A model generated the notes under the pieces. It worked only from the letters and a program-made list of their open reading frames with translations. It ran no database searches and was not told where the DNA came from. DNA of 64,000 nt from Gemmatimonadota bacterium (lineage in GTDB: Bacteria; Latescibacterota; UBA2968; UBA8231): the NCBI GenBank assembly GCA_038153405.1, contig JAYOYH010000005.1, positions 64,001 through 128,000 on the forward strand. Reading direction: 5' to 3'. How positions within the stretch are numbered: the stretch's first letter is position 1; each line of letters starts with the position of its first letter. Positions 1 through 9,894 of this stretch are shown piece by piece. A program made the position numbers and the translations under genes.

Positions 1-612
1 AAGCGAATCCTTGCCGTGCGCAATGACGATATCGTCTGCCATTGCGCGCACTGCGCGCAGCAGCGGCGTGCGATCGGGCACGAAATTGGCCGCATCGATG
101 CAGACCTTCAGGGCGGAAGAGCGAACGCGATCCTTCACGTGCAGAAATGTCTCGGCGCTGCCAATGCTGCCGGCACGGGTAATCTCAACGGCGATATATA
201 CACCCAATGCTTCCGCCTGCGCGCACGCCTTTTTTAGCCCGCTGCACAAACCATCGAAGACGGCCCGGTCATCCACATCCGCCCCGCTGGGATAGCCGGA
301 GGGATGCCAAACCAGAATCGGCCTTTCGTTGTCGCCAAAGCGTCCGGCCAGCGCAGCGGTCTTTTCAACGCAGCGCACCAACCGCCCTACGTCGTTATCC
401 AATTCGCCCTGCGCACCAACCAAATCAACGTGCAGGGTCATCGCCGCAAGGGCGATATGCCCCTCCTGCAAAATGGCGTCGATCGCTTCGGGGGTAGGGT
501 CGTCTTTTTCGCCATCGGGCCCGTGGCCCCAGAACATCTGCATGGCGGTAAAACCCAGTTCATTTAGCTCGGTCCGGGGGACAGTTTCGCCCGGCATTAG
601 CGCAAGTTTCAT
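1..612 (-). CDS. Sugar phosphate isomerase/epimerase (xylose isomerase-like TIM barrel, AP_endonuc_2 family); 3' end runs off the window
   Basis: Not in the ORF track; translated by hand from ATG at 612 (GAGGGA upstream): MKLALMPGETVPRTELNELGFTAMQMFWG...YIAVEITRAG...KVCIDAANF...IVIAHGKDS. The E, DxxN and HxKD metal-ligand pattern fits the family; the frame is open to position 1. Confidence 0.8.
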   Translation of the reverse strand, partial: MKLALMPGETVPRTELNELGFTAMQMFWGHGPDGEKDDPTPEAIDAILQEGHIALAAMTLHVDLVGAQGELDNDVGRLVRCVEKTAALAGRFGDNERPILVWHPSGYPSGADVDDRAVFDGLCSGLKKACAQAEALGVYIAVEITRAGSIGSAETFLHVKDRVRSSALKVCIDAANFVPDRTPLLRAVRAMADDIVIAHGKDSL

Positions 613-626
613 GTATATTCCCTCTG

Positions 627-1781
627 TTAAAACGTCCCGTCGACGTTCATTACTTGGCCACCGCCCTCTTTTGTTTTGGACTGGGCCACGCGCTGTTGCA
701 ATTCCTCGTAAAAACGCTCTTCGTCAACGGGAATATCCACCCAATCATCCGTCCACGTCGACAGCATCATTGCGTTGGCCAACTCGACGCCGCGAATGCC
801 CTCATCGCCGGAGGCCAGCAGCGGCGTGCCTTCTCGTATGGCCTGCACCCAATTTTTGGTAATGCCCTTATGCTCTTCACCGCCTCTGCGGAAGGGCACT
901 TCGCACTGCCAGACCTCTGGACTACCAAAGCCGTTGGGCCACTCCTTTAGAAACTGGCTGCTCGGTACCCGCGTGCGCCAGAAGGTTATATTGCCTCCTT
1001 CTAAAACGACCTTGCCATTGTCGGCAGAAATTTCGAGGCGATTGGTGCCGGGTGCTTCGCCCGTCGATGTAATAAACACGCCCGTAGCTCCATGCTCGTA
1101 TTCCACATAGGCCGTCACGTCGTCTTCGACCTCAATATCGTGGTACTTGCCGAAGTGACAAAAGGCACGCACCCGCTTCGGCATACCGCAAATCCACTGC
1201 CACAGGTCCAAGTTATGTGGACATTGATTGGCGAGCACTCCGCCGCCCTCACCGGCCCAAGTGGCGCGCCACCCACCCGAGTCGTAGTAACTCTGGGCGC
1301 GAAACCAACTGTTGATGATGTAGATCGTGCGCTTGATCTGACCCAGTTCACCCGACTCGACGAGCTCTTTTAGCTTCTGGTGATCGCCGCGCGTGCGCTG
1401 GTTAAACATCACGCCAAAGACGCGATCGCTCCTAGCCGCTACCTCATTCATCTCGCGCACTTGCTTGGTATAGACGCCGGCGGGCTTCTCACTCATGGCG
1501 TGGTAGCCGCTCTCGAGGGCTTGAATGACCAGCGGCGGATGAAAGTAGTGCGGGGTGGCCACGACCACCGCGTCGACGCACTTGGATGCAAAGAGCGCAT
1601 CGGCTGAGTCAAAGGCTTGCACCCCTTCGCCGTATTTTGCCTGCACATGCTGCAGGCGAGACGAATCCACATCGCAAACAGCCGCCAGCTTCGCTCCGGG
1701 AATCTCACCGCGCGACAAGTAGCCAGCGTGGTTACTTCCCATACCCCCCAAACCAATAATGCCTACGCGCACTGTATCCAT
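627..1781 (-). CDS. Gfo/Idh/MocA family NAD(P)-dependent oxidoreductase
   Basis: N-terminal GIIGLGGMG Rossmann motif, ATPHYFH, SEKP, GGGVLANQCPHNLD. Confidence 0.93.
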   Translation of the reverse strand: MDTVRVGIIGLGGMGSNHAGYLSRGEIPGAKLAAVCDVDSSRLQHVQAKYGEGVQAFDSADALFASKCVDAVVVATPHYFHPPLVIQALESGYHAMSEKPAGVYTKQVREMNEVAARSDRVFGVMFNQRTRGDHQKLKELVESGELGQIKRTIYIINSWFRAQSYYDSGGWRATWAGEGGGVLANQCPHNLDLWQWICGMPKRVRAFCHFGKYHDIEVEDDVTAYVEYEHGATGVFITSTGEAPGTNRLEISADNGKVVLEGGNITFWRTRVPSSQFLKEWPNGFGSPEVWQCEVPFRRGGEEHKGITKNWVQAIREGTPLLASGDEGIRGVELANAMMLSTWTDDWVDIPVDEERFYEELQQRVAQSKTKEGGGQVMNVDGTF

Positions 1782-1883
1782 GTACGTCCTTTCTATTTGG
1801 CGTTTTCACTTTTACGCGCGCTCACGCACGGCCTGCGCACCGCAGCAATTGGGCACATCGCATTTCCCATAGGGTACAACTTC

Positions 1884-3626
1884 TCACGAAGTCGGCTGCA
1901 AGTTGAGCAATACTAACAGCCACGTCCGGCTCCAATAGGCGCTGTTTATGTAGGGGTTTTCCTGCGTTGGCCAGTTCGTCCAATAGGTCTCGTTGTGCGG
2001 AATGCGGTGCGGCCACTGCACGAGGGGAATCGACGGCAACTCGCGCAGCCATATATCAATGGCCTGGCGATACAGCTCAGCCATTTCGGGTGCATTGGTG
2101 GGCGTCTGCCCCATTTGATCGACGAGGCGACTATACTCGTCATCTTCCCAGCGCCACGGCATATCGGTCGGCTGATCCGTCGGTTGGACAAAGCGTTGGT
2201 GATACTGGCGCAAAACAAAGTAGGGATCGCGCACCGAGCTAAAGTTGCCGAATAAATAGGCGCGCGCCGTGCCCATGCGCAGACGCGTGTTAAAATCGGA
2301 CGTCATGCGGAAAGAGGCGTCGATGCCGGCGCGCTTGAGCTGCGCCACCAGCACGGGTGTAAAATCCTGAAAGTGCGAAAAAATATCGACCACCATGCTC
2401 AGGGTCCGTCCATTCTTTTCCCAGAACTCGCCCGTGCGCACGTAGCCCTTGGCGCGCAGAATGGCCGCGCTGCGCTCGAGGTCGAACACGCCTATCTCGT
2501 ATTTCTCAATCAGGTCTTCGGCCAACTCAAAGTAGGGGCGCATTTGCGGCAGGTCGGGCAGCGGCAGGTGCGACCACGCTCCCGAGTTCTGCCAGCCGAT
2601 TTCGACGAGTTGGTCGCGATCGATGGCAAAGTTGATAGCTCGGCGCATTTCCGGATCTGACCACGGCTCCTCTAGCGCATTAAATCCAAGCGAAATGGGC
2701 CACCAAGTAATGTAGCTATAGGGCGGCTGACGACCGGTCCACGTCGTAATATTGGGATTGGCATCCAATAGCGATACAATATTGGCAGGGCGCAATTCCA
2801 GGCAGGTATCCAGCGCGTTGGTAATTAGGTTCTGCACGCGCTTAGTCTCTTCCATATACGTCAGATAGATAAGCCGCTCTACTTTAGGCAACTCCTGAAA
2901 GCCGATCTTTTTGGCCCACCAATCCTCGCGCAAATCCCAGATGCGCTGGGCCGGCTCCGACAGCGCCATGTAGTAGGGACCCGTCAGCACCGGCCAACCC
3001 TTTTGCGGATCGTAGTTGGAAAACGTCAGCGGGTCCTGGGCCTCCCAGATGTGTTTGGGCACGATGGGTACCCCCTGATCGCCGCTGTGGACAAAGTAGC
3101 TAAACAAAAAGCGCGGATTGGGTGCCTTTAATAGGACGCGCGCCGTCAAATCATCCAGCGCAACGGCATCTTTAACCCACGTTTCCATATCCGTCGAGTG
3201 CACTAGCTGCGGTGCGTATGTGCGCAGCATATTGATGGTGAATACAAAATCGTGCGCCGTCCATGGATGGCCATCGCTCCACTCGACTCCCGGACGAATG
3301 CGCACCGTCAACTCGGTGAAATCGTCGTTAAACGCATGGCTTTCGGCAATCCACGGCAGGAGATCAGAATCGGTTTGGTAGGCGTTAAAAAAGTAGAGCG
3401 GCTCGTAGAGGAAATTATAGCCAATACGCGAGATGCTACCGGGTATAAATGGGTTAAAGCTGTTGTAGTCCTGAATCTGGCCGGCACAGGTGTTCCCTTC
3501 AGCACAGTCCATAATCAGGGTGCGATTGCGCGGCACCTTCTTGAGCGACTGCGCGCCGGAATCTTCGGATGACTGACCGGTGCAGGCGGCCAGGGCCAGT
3601 CCAACGACAATAAATAGGCGATACAT
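1884..3626 (-). CDS. ABC transporter substrate-binding lipoprotein, family 5 (peptide/oligosaccharide)
   Basis: Probable start at 3626 (GGAGA RBS), giving MYRLFIVVGLALAAC lipobox; LYEPL, 'IRPGVEWSDGHPWTAHDFVFT' and 'RRAINFAIDR' are SBP_bac_5 motifs. Confidence 0.9.
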   Translation of the reverse strand: MYRLFIVVGLALAACTGQSSEDSGAQSLKKVPRNRTLIMDCAEGNTCAGQIQDYNSFNPFIPGSISRIGYNFLYEPLYFFNAYQTDSDLLPWIAESHAFNDDFTELTVRIRPGVEWSDGHPWTAHDFVFTINMLRTYAPQLVHSTDMETWVKDAVALDDLTARVLLKAPNPRFLFSYFVHSGDQGVPIVPKHIWEAQDPLTFSNYDPQKGWPVLTGPYYMALSEPAQRIWDLREDWWAKKIGFQELPKVERLIYLTYMEETKRVQNLITNALDTCLELRPANIVSLLDANPNITTWTGRQPPYSYITWWPISLGFNALEEPWSDPEMRRAINFAIDRDQLVEIGWQNSGAWSHLPLPDLPQMRPYFELAEDLIEKYEIGVFDLERSAAILRAKGYVRTGEFWEKNGRTLSMVVDIFSHFQDFTPVLVAQLKRAGIDASFRMTSDFNTRLRMGTARAYLFGNFSSVRDPYFVLRQYHQRFVQPTDQPTDMPWRWEDDEYSRLVDQMGQTPTNAPEMAELYRQAIDIWLRELPSIPLVQWPHRIPHNETYWTNWPTQENPYINSAYWSRTWLLVLLNLQPTS

Positions 3627-3929
3627 GATATTTCTCCGTGCGTGGGAATCGGCATTCCTGCAGGCGTTGCAAACCAACTCGGCACATCCACCAGCAGGTA
3701 TGCCGAGTCTTGCACGCAATGCGGCTGGCTATCTGTTACCTGCGTGCCGATGGCAACTTCGCCCGTCAGAAGCGGCATATGTCCGCTAGACTGAGCAGAC
3801 ATATGACTAATACATTTGACCCTTATTTGTCAACGCGCAGTCGGCGCAGTCATTGTCTATTGATGCAGTCGGCAAAAGCCCTAAGTTAACCCCTTGGCGT
3901 TCGACATCTCACAGCCATAGCTAGGCCTT

Positions 3930-5846
3930 ATGTCGCTTCAACACTCTTCGCGTGTGGGCACGCTTGTCTCTTTCTTGCTGGTCATGGTCTTTTCGATCTT
4001 TATGACCTTTACCAGCGTGCGCACCTATGTGCTCTATGGCTCATACACCGGCCTAACCGACCACTTCAATACCATCGGCGTCATCTTCTTGATATTCTGG
4101 ACAACGCTGTGCTCGCTGGCCCTGCGCTTCCTGCGTTCCACCCTCGCTCTCTCGCCGGCCAATTTTGCCCTTATCTACGCCGGCCTGATGGTCGCCACCG
4201 TGCTGCCATCGATGGGCTTTGGCGGCTACTTTATTCCCCTTATCGCTGGCGTTTTCTACTACGCCACGCCGGAAAACAACTGGTCCGATATCCTCTGGCC
4301 GCACATACCATCATGGGCTGCACCGCGCGATGCAGAGGCCATTCGCCAACTCTTCGAAGGAACGGCGGAGGGCGCGGCCATTCCCTGGGCCCTGTGGTGG
4401 GAACCCATGCTGTGGTGGGGGCTCTTTATGCTGGCTTTTTTCCTCGTCAGCTTCGCCCTCATCGCGCTGGTGCACAACCAGTGGTCTCAGCGCGAGCGCC
4501 TCGCCTACCCACTTGCGGCCGTCCCCAACCTACTATTGGACAGCGTCGAAAATCCGCGCACTTCCATATTGCGCAGCAAGCTGCTATGGCTGGGCTTCCT
4601 CTTTGCCTGGCATTTTCCCACGATCAATGCGCTTGATCAGATCTTTGACTTTGAGCTCATCGGCCACATGGGCATTCCCAGCGGAAGCATTGAAGTGCGC
4701 CAGTTTGGTCTATCGTACCAGCTCAACACAGACCTGCTCGTGGTTGGCCTGAGCTATCTGGTCAATCTCAACGTGCTGGCTAGCGTCTGGATTTTCCACC
4801 TGCTGATCGGCGCCGAAGCCAGCCTACTCGACTACCTAGGCATCAGCGCGCCGCTGCCGGCCCAACCCCACGCCCCAGCCAATGTACTGCTGGCCCACCA
4901 GCAGATCGGCTCTCTGCTGTGCATGGTTGCTATATCGCTGTGGCTAGGGCGCGATTTTCTGCGCGAACAGTGGCATATCATCGTCGGCAAGCGCAGCGAC
5001 GACCGCAATCTCGTTTCGCCGCGCCTGGCCGTCGCGCTCGGCTTGGTTGGCTTGGTCTATATGACCGGCTTTCTCAACGCCAGCGGCTTGGCCCTAGGCT
5101 GGAGCGTTGTCTTTCTCGGCGTGTCATTGATGGTATTCTTTGGCATTGCCCGCCTGCTGGCGCAGACCGGCATTGGACGCCTGCGCGCGCCCACTTCAAC
5201 ACCGCCCATCATAACGAATATCGCCGGCTCAGAGGCCATCGGCGCCCAGGGCATTAGCGCGCTGGGGCTCAGCATGGTCTGGACGGCCGACCTCCAGCTC
5301 TTTCTGATGGGGACCCTGGCGCACGCCTTTAAGGTCTGCGAGCCAGCGCGCCTGCGCATCAGCGGACGCAAGCTACTGTTCTTTCTCGGCGCAGCCATGG
5401 CTGTAGGATTAGTTACGACGATCTGCTCGTATATCTATTTAGGCTATCGACACGGCCTCGTGCACGGCTACGTATGGTACTTCGTCATGTCGCCGCAGTA
5501 CCACTGGTCTTGGGTTGCCAATACCATCAATAACCCCAATCCATCCGAGCCGCTGGCCGCGCTATTCATGTTGCTGGGCGCGGCGTGGGCGGGCCTGCTT
5601 TCGCTGGCTTCCTACCGCTGGGTGAGCTGGCCCCTGCACCCGATCGGCCTAGCCGTGGCATTGACCAATACCGTTAGCATCGACTGGTTTGGTATGTTTA
5701 TCACCTGGCTGATCAAGCTGCTTATCTTGCGCTACGGTGGCATCGTCCTCTACCGGCGCATGCTGCCCCTCTTTATCGGACTGATCTTGGGCACCAGCGT
5801 CGGCGTCGGCGGCGCCTCCCTGCTCTACGCATTCTACTACTACTAG
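3930..5846 (+). CDS. Polytopic membrane protein, DUF6785/DUF6784-like putative transporter
   Basis: 638 aa with many hydrophobic segments; motifs YYATPENNW, QWxxxERLAYPL, WPLHPIG and 'RYGGxxLYRRxLPLFIGLILG' are shared with two other paralogs in the window. Confidence 0.78.
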   Translation: MSLQHSSRVGTLVSFLLVMVFSIFMTFTSVRTYVLYGSYTGLTDHFNTIGVIFLIFWTTLCSLALRFLRSTLALSPANFALIYAGLMVATVLPSMGFGGYFIPLIAGVFYYATPENNWSDILWPHIPSWAAPRDAEAIRQLFEGTAEGAAIPWALWWEPMLWWGLFMLAFFLVSFALIALVHNQWSQRERLAYPLAAVPNLLLDSVENPRTSILRSKLLWLGFLFAWHFPTINALDQIFDFELIGHMGIPSGSIEVRQFGLSYQLNTDLLVVGLSYLVNLNVLASVWIFHLLIGAEASLLDYLGISAPLPAQPHAPANVLLAHQQIGSLLCMVAISLWLGRDFLREQWHIIVGKRSDDRNLVSPRLAVALGLVGLVYMTGFLNASGLALGWSVVFLGVSLMVFFGIARLLAQTGIGRLRAPTSTPPIITNIAGSEAIGAQGISALGLSMVWTADLQLFLMGTLAHAFKVCEPARLRISGRKLLFFLGAAMAVGLVTTICSYIYLGYRHGLVHGYVWYFVMSPQYHWSWVANTINNPNPSEPLAALFMLLGAAWAGLLSLASYRWVSWPLHPIGLAVALTNTVSIDWFGMFITWLIKLLILRYGGIVLYRRMLPLFIGLILGTSVGVGGASLLYAFYYY

Positions 5847-6877
5847 CCGCTAGGCGTCGGCGTTTCTGGCTCGATCAGGCCCTCGACCCTGAGTTCCGCC
5901 CAAAAATCGCTGGGGATCGGGTGTTCGATAAGCCGCACGTTATCGCGGATCTCCTCGGCCGAGCGCGCCCCGGGTATGGTCGTGGCAACCGCCTCGTGCC
6001 CGAAGGGAAACTGCAGCGCCGCCGCCCTCAGCGGAACCTGATGGCGCGCACAAACAGCTTCGATCTGCCGCACGCGCGCGCGCACCGCTTCGCTAGCCGG
6101 TGCATAATTATACATCGCCCCGTCGACATCGCCGGTGGCGAGAATACCCGAGTTATAGGGACCGCCAATAACGATGCGAATATCTTTTTGCAGGCACAGC
6201 GGCAGCAGTTCGCGCAGCGACTCCTGCTCGAGTAGCGTGTAGCGCCCGGCCAGCAAAAAGCAGTCAAAATCACCGGCGCGCGCAAAATCGGCCAGCATTT
6301 GCCACTGGTTCATGCCCAGGCCAATCGCCCCGATCACGCCCGCTGCGCGCAGTTCACACAGCGCCGGATAGGCGCCCTCCATCACTTCGTCAAAATGGCC
6401 GCGATCGCCGGGCTGCCAGCCGGGATCATTGCTGCGCGATTCGTCGGGATCGTGAATCAGCACGATGTCCAGCCGGTCTGTTTGCAGGCGCTGTAGACTG
6501 CCTTCAATAGAGCGCAGCGCGGCGTCGCGCGAGTAGTCGAACACGCTGGCCAGCGGCGGAATATCAACAAAGGGGGTATGGTCTTCCTGCCCTGCGGGCC
6601 GCGGCACCAGCATATACCCCACCTTGGAAGAGAGAATCATTTCTTCGCGCGGCACGCGCTGCAAGCCCTGCCCCAAGCGCGTCTCGCTCATACCGTAGCC
6701 ATAGAGCGGTGCCGTATCGCAGTAGCGAATGCCTTCGGCATAGGCTGCCGCTACAATTTCTTCCGCTGCGGTCTCGTCCAGACGGGCGTACATATTGCCA
6801 AATGCGGTGCCGCCCAGTCCAAGGCGCGTCACTTCCAGTCCCTGCACACCCACGCGCTGGCGATCGCTTGCCCTCAT
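5843..6877 (-). CDS. Aldo/keto reductase (D-threo-aldose/L-fucose dehydrogenase-like)
   Basis: LGLGGTAFGN, DTAPLYGYG, SSKVG, IHDPD, LLAGRYTLL, GGPYNSGIL, IPGARS. Confidence 0.9.
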   Translation of the reverse strand: MRASDRQRVGVQGLEVTRLGLGGTAFGNMYARLDETAAEEIVAAAYAEGIRYCDTAPLYGYGMSETRLGQGLQRVPREEMILSSKVGYMLVPRPAGQEDHTPFVDIPPLASVFDYSRDAALRSIEGSLQRLQTDRLDIVLIHDPDESRSNDPGWQPGDRGHFDEVMEGAYPALCELRAAGVIGAIGLGMNQWQMLADFARAGDFDCFLLAGRYTLLEQESLRELLPLCLQKDIRIVIGGPYNSGILATGDVDGAMYNYAPASEAVRARVRQIEAVCARHQVPLRAAALQFPFGHEAVATTIPGARSAEEIRDNVRLIEHPIPSDFWAELRVEGLIEPETPTPSG

Positions 6878-6888
6878 CGCTCACTCCT

Positions 6889-8829
6889 TCAAAAGATGGG
6901 GATTCGGTTACCCGTCTCACCCGTTATAAAATCAAATACGACCCAGAAACCCGATACAAAAACGTGACCGAGTATCAGGCCGAGAAAAAATGGCCGCAGC
7001 TGGCGGTAGAGAGACACGCCTCCGTACTTGAGAATCGTAGCCTTTAACACCCAGCCAATAAAAATGCTGAACCAGGTATACACAATGGTCAACGTCGCGC
7101 CAATCGGAAAGCCCAAATAGTGCACTGGCCACCATAGAATGTGATGCCGCGCCCACATCAACATGCCCATCGCGCAGGCGCCAATCAGCGAAAATAGATA
7201 GCGCGGTGCAATGCTATGCCAATCGCGCAGCGGGTGGGTGGGGTTGGCTATTTTGTGCGCGGTGTCGCCGTGGATAATCTCGCCAAAGCGGTTGTAAAAC
7301 CACCAATCCAAATTTATTCCACCGTAGGTGTAGCCCATCCACACCACCATGCATACCGACCCGGCCAGTCCGACGACAATAGAAATGGCTATGGCCCAAA
7401 ACAGTGGCCGGCCGCGCACATTGCCGGCATCGGCCAATTTGAGACTGTTGATCGTCGATGCCATAATCATCGTGCGCAAATCGCCCGCCCAGCTAAAAGT
7501 CATACCCAAACTGACCAGCCCACTGGGCGTTACCGCTTCCGTTCCCACCGCATGGATGACAAAGGGCTGTGCCGTCATCTGCGCGCGCGCAAAGCCCAAT
7601 CCTCCCTCAGCGACAATGCGCGCCAGACCGTAAAAAACGCAAAAGGCGATAAATAGGAAGAATAGGGCAATCCACAGCGGCACGCCCGAAAGCGTCAGCC
7701 AACCGGCCGCGTAGGCGCTGGCACAGCCAAGCACTAACAGCGCGGATCGGTAAGATAAAATCTCCTGGCTGTCGTCTATCCCATTGCCGTGCCAGGCCTG
7801 TTGGCACACCTGACGCAGGTGCGTGCGACTGTTCCACAGGCCGTAGAGCACCAATACCAACATGGCGCCCATGCCCTGATAGGAAACGGCCATAGAGCCT
7901 TCCATAAAGAGATCGCTGCGCCCGGGAATACTGTATCCCAGCACATTTTCCATGGCGATCTGTCCCTTGCTCAGCAGGTGAAAAAGCCAGATGCCAAGTC
8001 CGACGTCGAGACTGAGAAAGTAGGCCAACCCAATGGCGATAAAGTTGACGTTGGTCTGCAAGACCAGCGCGTGGTTAAACAGGGGCAAGCTGTTGCGCAG
8101 CTGAATGGGCGGCACAAAGGGGAAATAGTGGTTGAGCGCATTGGTGCTAAAGATGATAAAGGGGATGGAAAAGCCCAGCCACATGAGCGGGCTTTTCAGA
8201 AAGGCGTTGAAAATAGATCCATCTCGCCCCTCTTCCGTCATATCCAACGGCAGCTGCAGCAGCGGAAAGGTCAAGCGGTCGTAGTCTACCCACTGCCGGC
8301 GCATGATCGACATGATAGTAATCATCATTAGGTAGATAGAAAGAATAAACGAAGACCAAGCCAGCAGCGGCCGCACCCAGTGCTCCCAGGGAAGGCGCTG
8401 TCCCTTGGGCAATCCCTCAAAAAAGTATTTAATCGCCATCGCATCGTGCGGCACCAGCCATTCCCGCACAAAGGGATGCAGCAGCTCGGCCCAGTTATTT
8501 TCCGGCGTGGCATAGTAGTAGATACCGGGCAGCATGGCGATGAGGTTACCGGTAAAACCCCAGGTGGGAATGGCCGATGCAACGATCATCATGCAGTAGA
8601 TGACGATCAGTTCGGAGCGATCGAAGCCCCAAGAGCGCCGGCATAGCTTGACCAGCGGGTTGACGAGCGCGATAAATACAAAGAAGATAAAAATAGCGCC
8701 GGCGGTTATATAGTCCGACGACATACCAGCCGTGGCCATGGCCAGGCGTGCGTAGGCAAAGAAGACGTTAATTACGAGCGAAAACAGCGCACCAACGAGC
8801 AGGGCACGCAGCGTTATTTTTGCGGTCAT
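6889..8829 (-). CDS. Polytopic membrane protein, DUF6785/DUF6784-like putative transporter
   Basis: 646 aa, hydrophobic; YYYATPENNW, RQWxDYDRLTFPL, WWPVHYLG, KYGGxxLYRQLRPFFLGLILG. Confidence 0.78.
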   Translation of the reverse strand: MTAKITLRALLVGALFSLVINVFFAYARLAMATAGMSSDYITAGAIFIFFVFIALVNPLVKLCRRSWGFDRSELIVIYCMMIVASAIPTWGFTGNLIAMLPGIYYYATPENNWAELLHPFVREWLVPHDAMAIKYFFEGLPKGQRLPWEHWVRPLLAWSSFILSIYLMMITIMSIMRRQWVDYDRLTFPLLQLPLDMTEEGRDGSIFNAFLKSPLMWLGFSIPFIIFSTNALNHYFPFVPPIQLRNSLPLFNHALVLQTNVNFIAIGLAYFLSLDVGLGIWLFHLLSKGQIAMENVLGYSIPGRSDLFMEGSMAVSYQGMGAMLVLVLYGLWNSRTHLRQVCQQAWHGNGIDDSQEILSYRSALLVLGCASAYAAGWLTLSGVPLWIALFFLFIAFCVFYGLARIVAEGGLGFARAQMTAQPFVIHAVGTEAVTPSGLVSLGMTFSWAGDLRTMIMASTINSLKLADAGNVRGRPLFWAIAISIVVGLAGSVCMVVWMGYTYGGINLDWWFYNRFGEIIHGDTAHKIANPTHPLRDWHSIAPRYLFSLIGACAMGMLMWARHHILWWPVHYLGFPIGATLTIVYTWFSIFIGWVLKATILKYGGVSLYRQLRPFFLGLILGHVFVSGFWVVFDFITGETGNRIPIF

Positions 8830-8868
8830 GTCCGTGCAGTATACATTTTTTTACGAGTGCGAGCAAGC

Positions 8869-8925
8869 ACGGGACTGCGCTTGTGTGCGCACCGTTTTAC
8901 GTCAGACACAGAAGCGCAGTCCCGT
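8869..8925. repeat. Long inverted repeat/hairpin in the divergent intergenic region
   Basis: ACGGGACTGCGCTT (8869-8882) is the exact reverse complement of AAGCGCAGTCCCGT (8912-8925); after one mismatch it extends by TGTG/CACA. Confidence 0.75.
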
Positions 8926-8947
8926 CGCCCCTCTGTGTGCAATAGGC

Positions 8948-8976
8948 TTGAGGCAAGAGCCGACTTGCGCTATCTT
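8948..8976 (+). promoter_or_regulatory. Putative sigma70-type promoter for the gene at 9003
   Basis: TTGAGG (8948-8953), 17-nt spacer, TATCTT (8971-8976), followed by a GAGGAG RBS before ATG 9003. Confidence 0.45.
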
Positions 8977-9002
8977 GCCTGCATCCCAGAGAGGAGAATC
9001 CC

Positions 9003-9863
9003 ATGCACCTTATCGCCGTCCTACTCGCCCTAGCCCTGCCGGCCAGTGCCCACTTTCCCGAGGAGCACGTATTTCCGGTATTTCAATTTCCCGACGGCCG
9101 CGTTCCAGCTATGGACGGCGACTTTTCCGACTGGGCCATCGTGCCCGACAGCTATTTCATCGACTATACCGCCTACGAGGAAAAACACCGCGATGGCACG
9201 CCACCCGATACGCTGGATCTGCATATCGTCCGCGCCGCCGTCGGCTGGAACGACGGGCTCAACCGCCTCTACTTCATCGCCGAAGTCTACGACGATGTCT
9301 GGCGTTTCTCGCATTTCAATACGGATTCGTTAGATACTCCGCACAGCCGCATGGCTGGTGCCTATGTGCACGGTGCGGACATATGGGAAATCGTCGTCGA
9401 CGCCGACCATGCCGGCGACCGCGTAATCAATTTTTCGGAAGAGCCAGAAGCAGAGTTTCGCTATCGCAGCGCCTATACCCAGAACTACCACCTATATATG
9501 CCGCCGCTCAACGGACACTACTGGCACTGGCTGTGGGGCAAGGCCCTGTGGACGAAGCGAGAGGAATTTTCTTCGGTGGGCTGGAGCGGTCAGGTGCAAC
9601 AACTGGGCGCCGGTCGCCTAGTCTACGAGTTCTATATCACGCCCTTTGACGATCTCCATCCGGACGGCCCCGAGCACAGCGTAGTGCACGACCTAACGGA
9701 GAACGCTATCATCGGTCTGAGTTGGGCCTTTATCGACGCCGACGATAAGGACGATACCTACGACGCCTTTTGGACGCTGTCCAAGCAGCAGAAGATGTAC
9801 TGCAGCGGCGAGTACATATCCGATTTTAAGCTGATGTCCATAGAGGCGAACCTACTTGACTAG
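9003..9863 (+). CDS. Secreted CBM9/DOMON-like putative sugar-binding protein
   Basis: Signal peptide ending ASA-H; 'PAMDGDFSDW', 'GWNDxxNRLYFIAEVYDD', 'EIVVDAD' and 'IIGLSWAFIDAD' resemble CBM9/DOMON; paralog of 26225-27133. Confidence 0.6.
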   Translation: MHLIAVLLALALPASAHFPEEHVFPVFQFPDGRVPAMDGDFSDWAIVPDSYFIDYTAYEEKHRDGTPPDTLDLHIVRAAVGWNDGLNRLYFIAEVYDDVWRFSHFNTDSLDTPHSRMAGAYVHGADIWEIVVDADHAGDRVINFSEEPEAEFRYRSAYTQNYHLYMPPLNGHYWHWLWGKALWTKREEFSSVGWSGQVQQLGAGRLVYEFYITPFDDLHPDGPEHSVVHDLTENAIIGLSWAFIDADDKDDTYDAFWTLSKQQKMYCSGEYISDFKLMSIEANLLD

Positions 9864-9894
9864 CGCGCTACCTCTGATAGGACCCAACCGAGCG

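Noticed and set aside
8828..9649. 273-aa plus-strand ORF
   Set aside because: Arg/Pro-rich out-of-frame overlap with the better-supported 9003-9863 gene.
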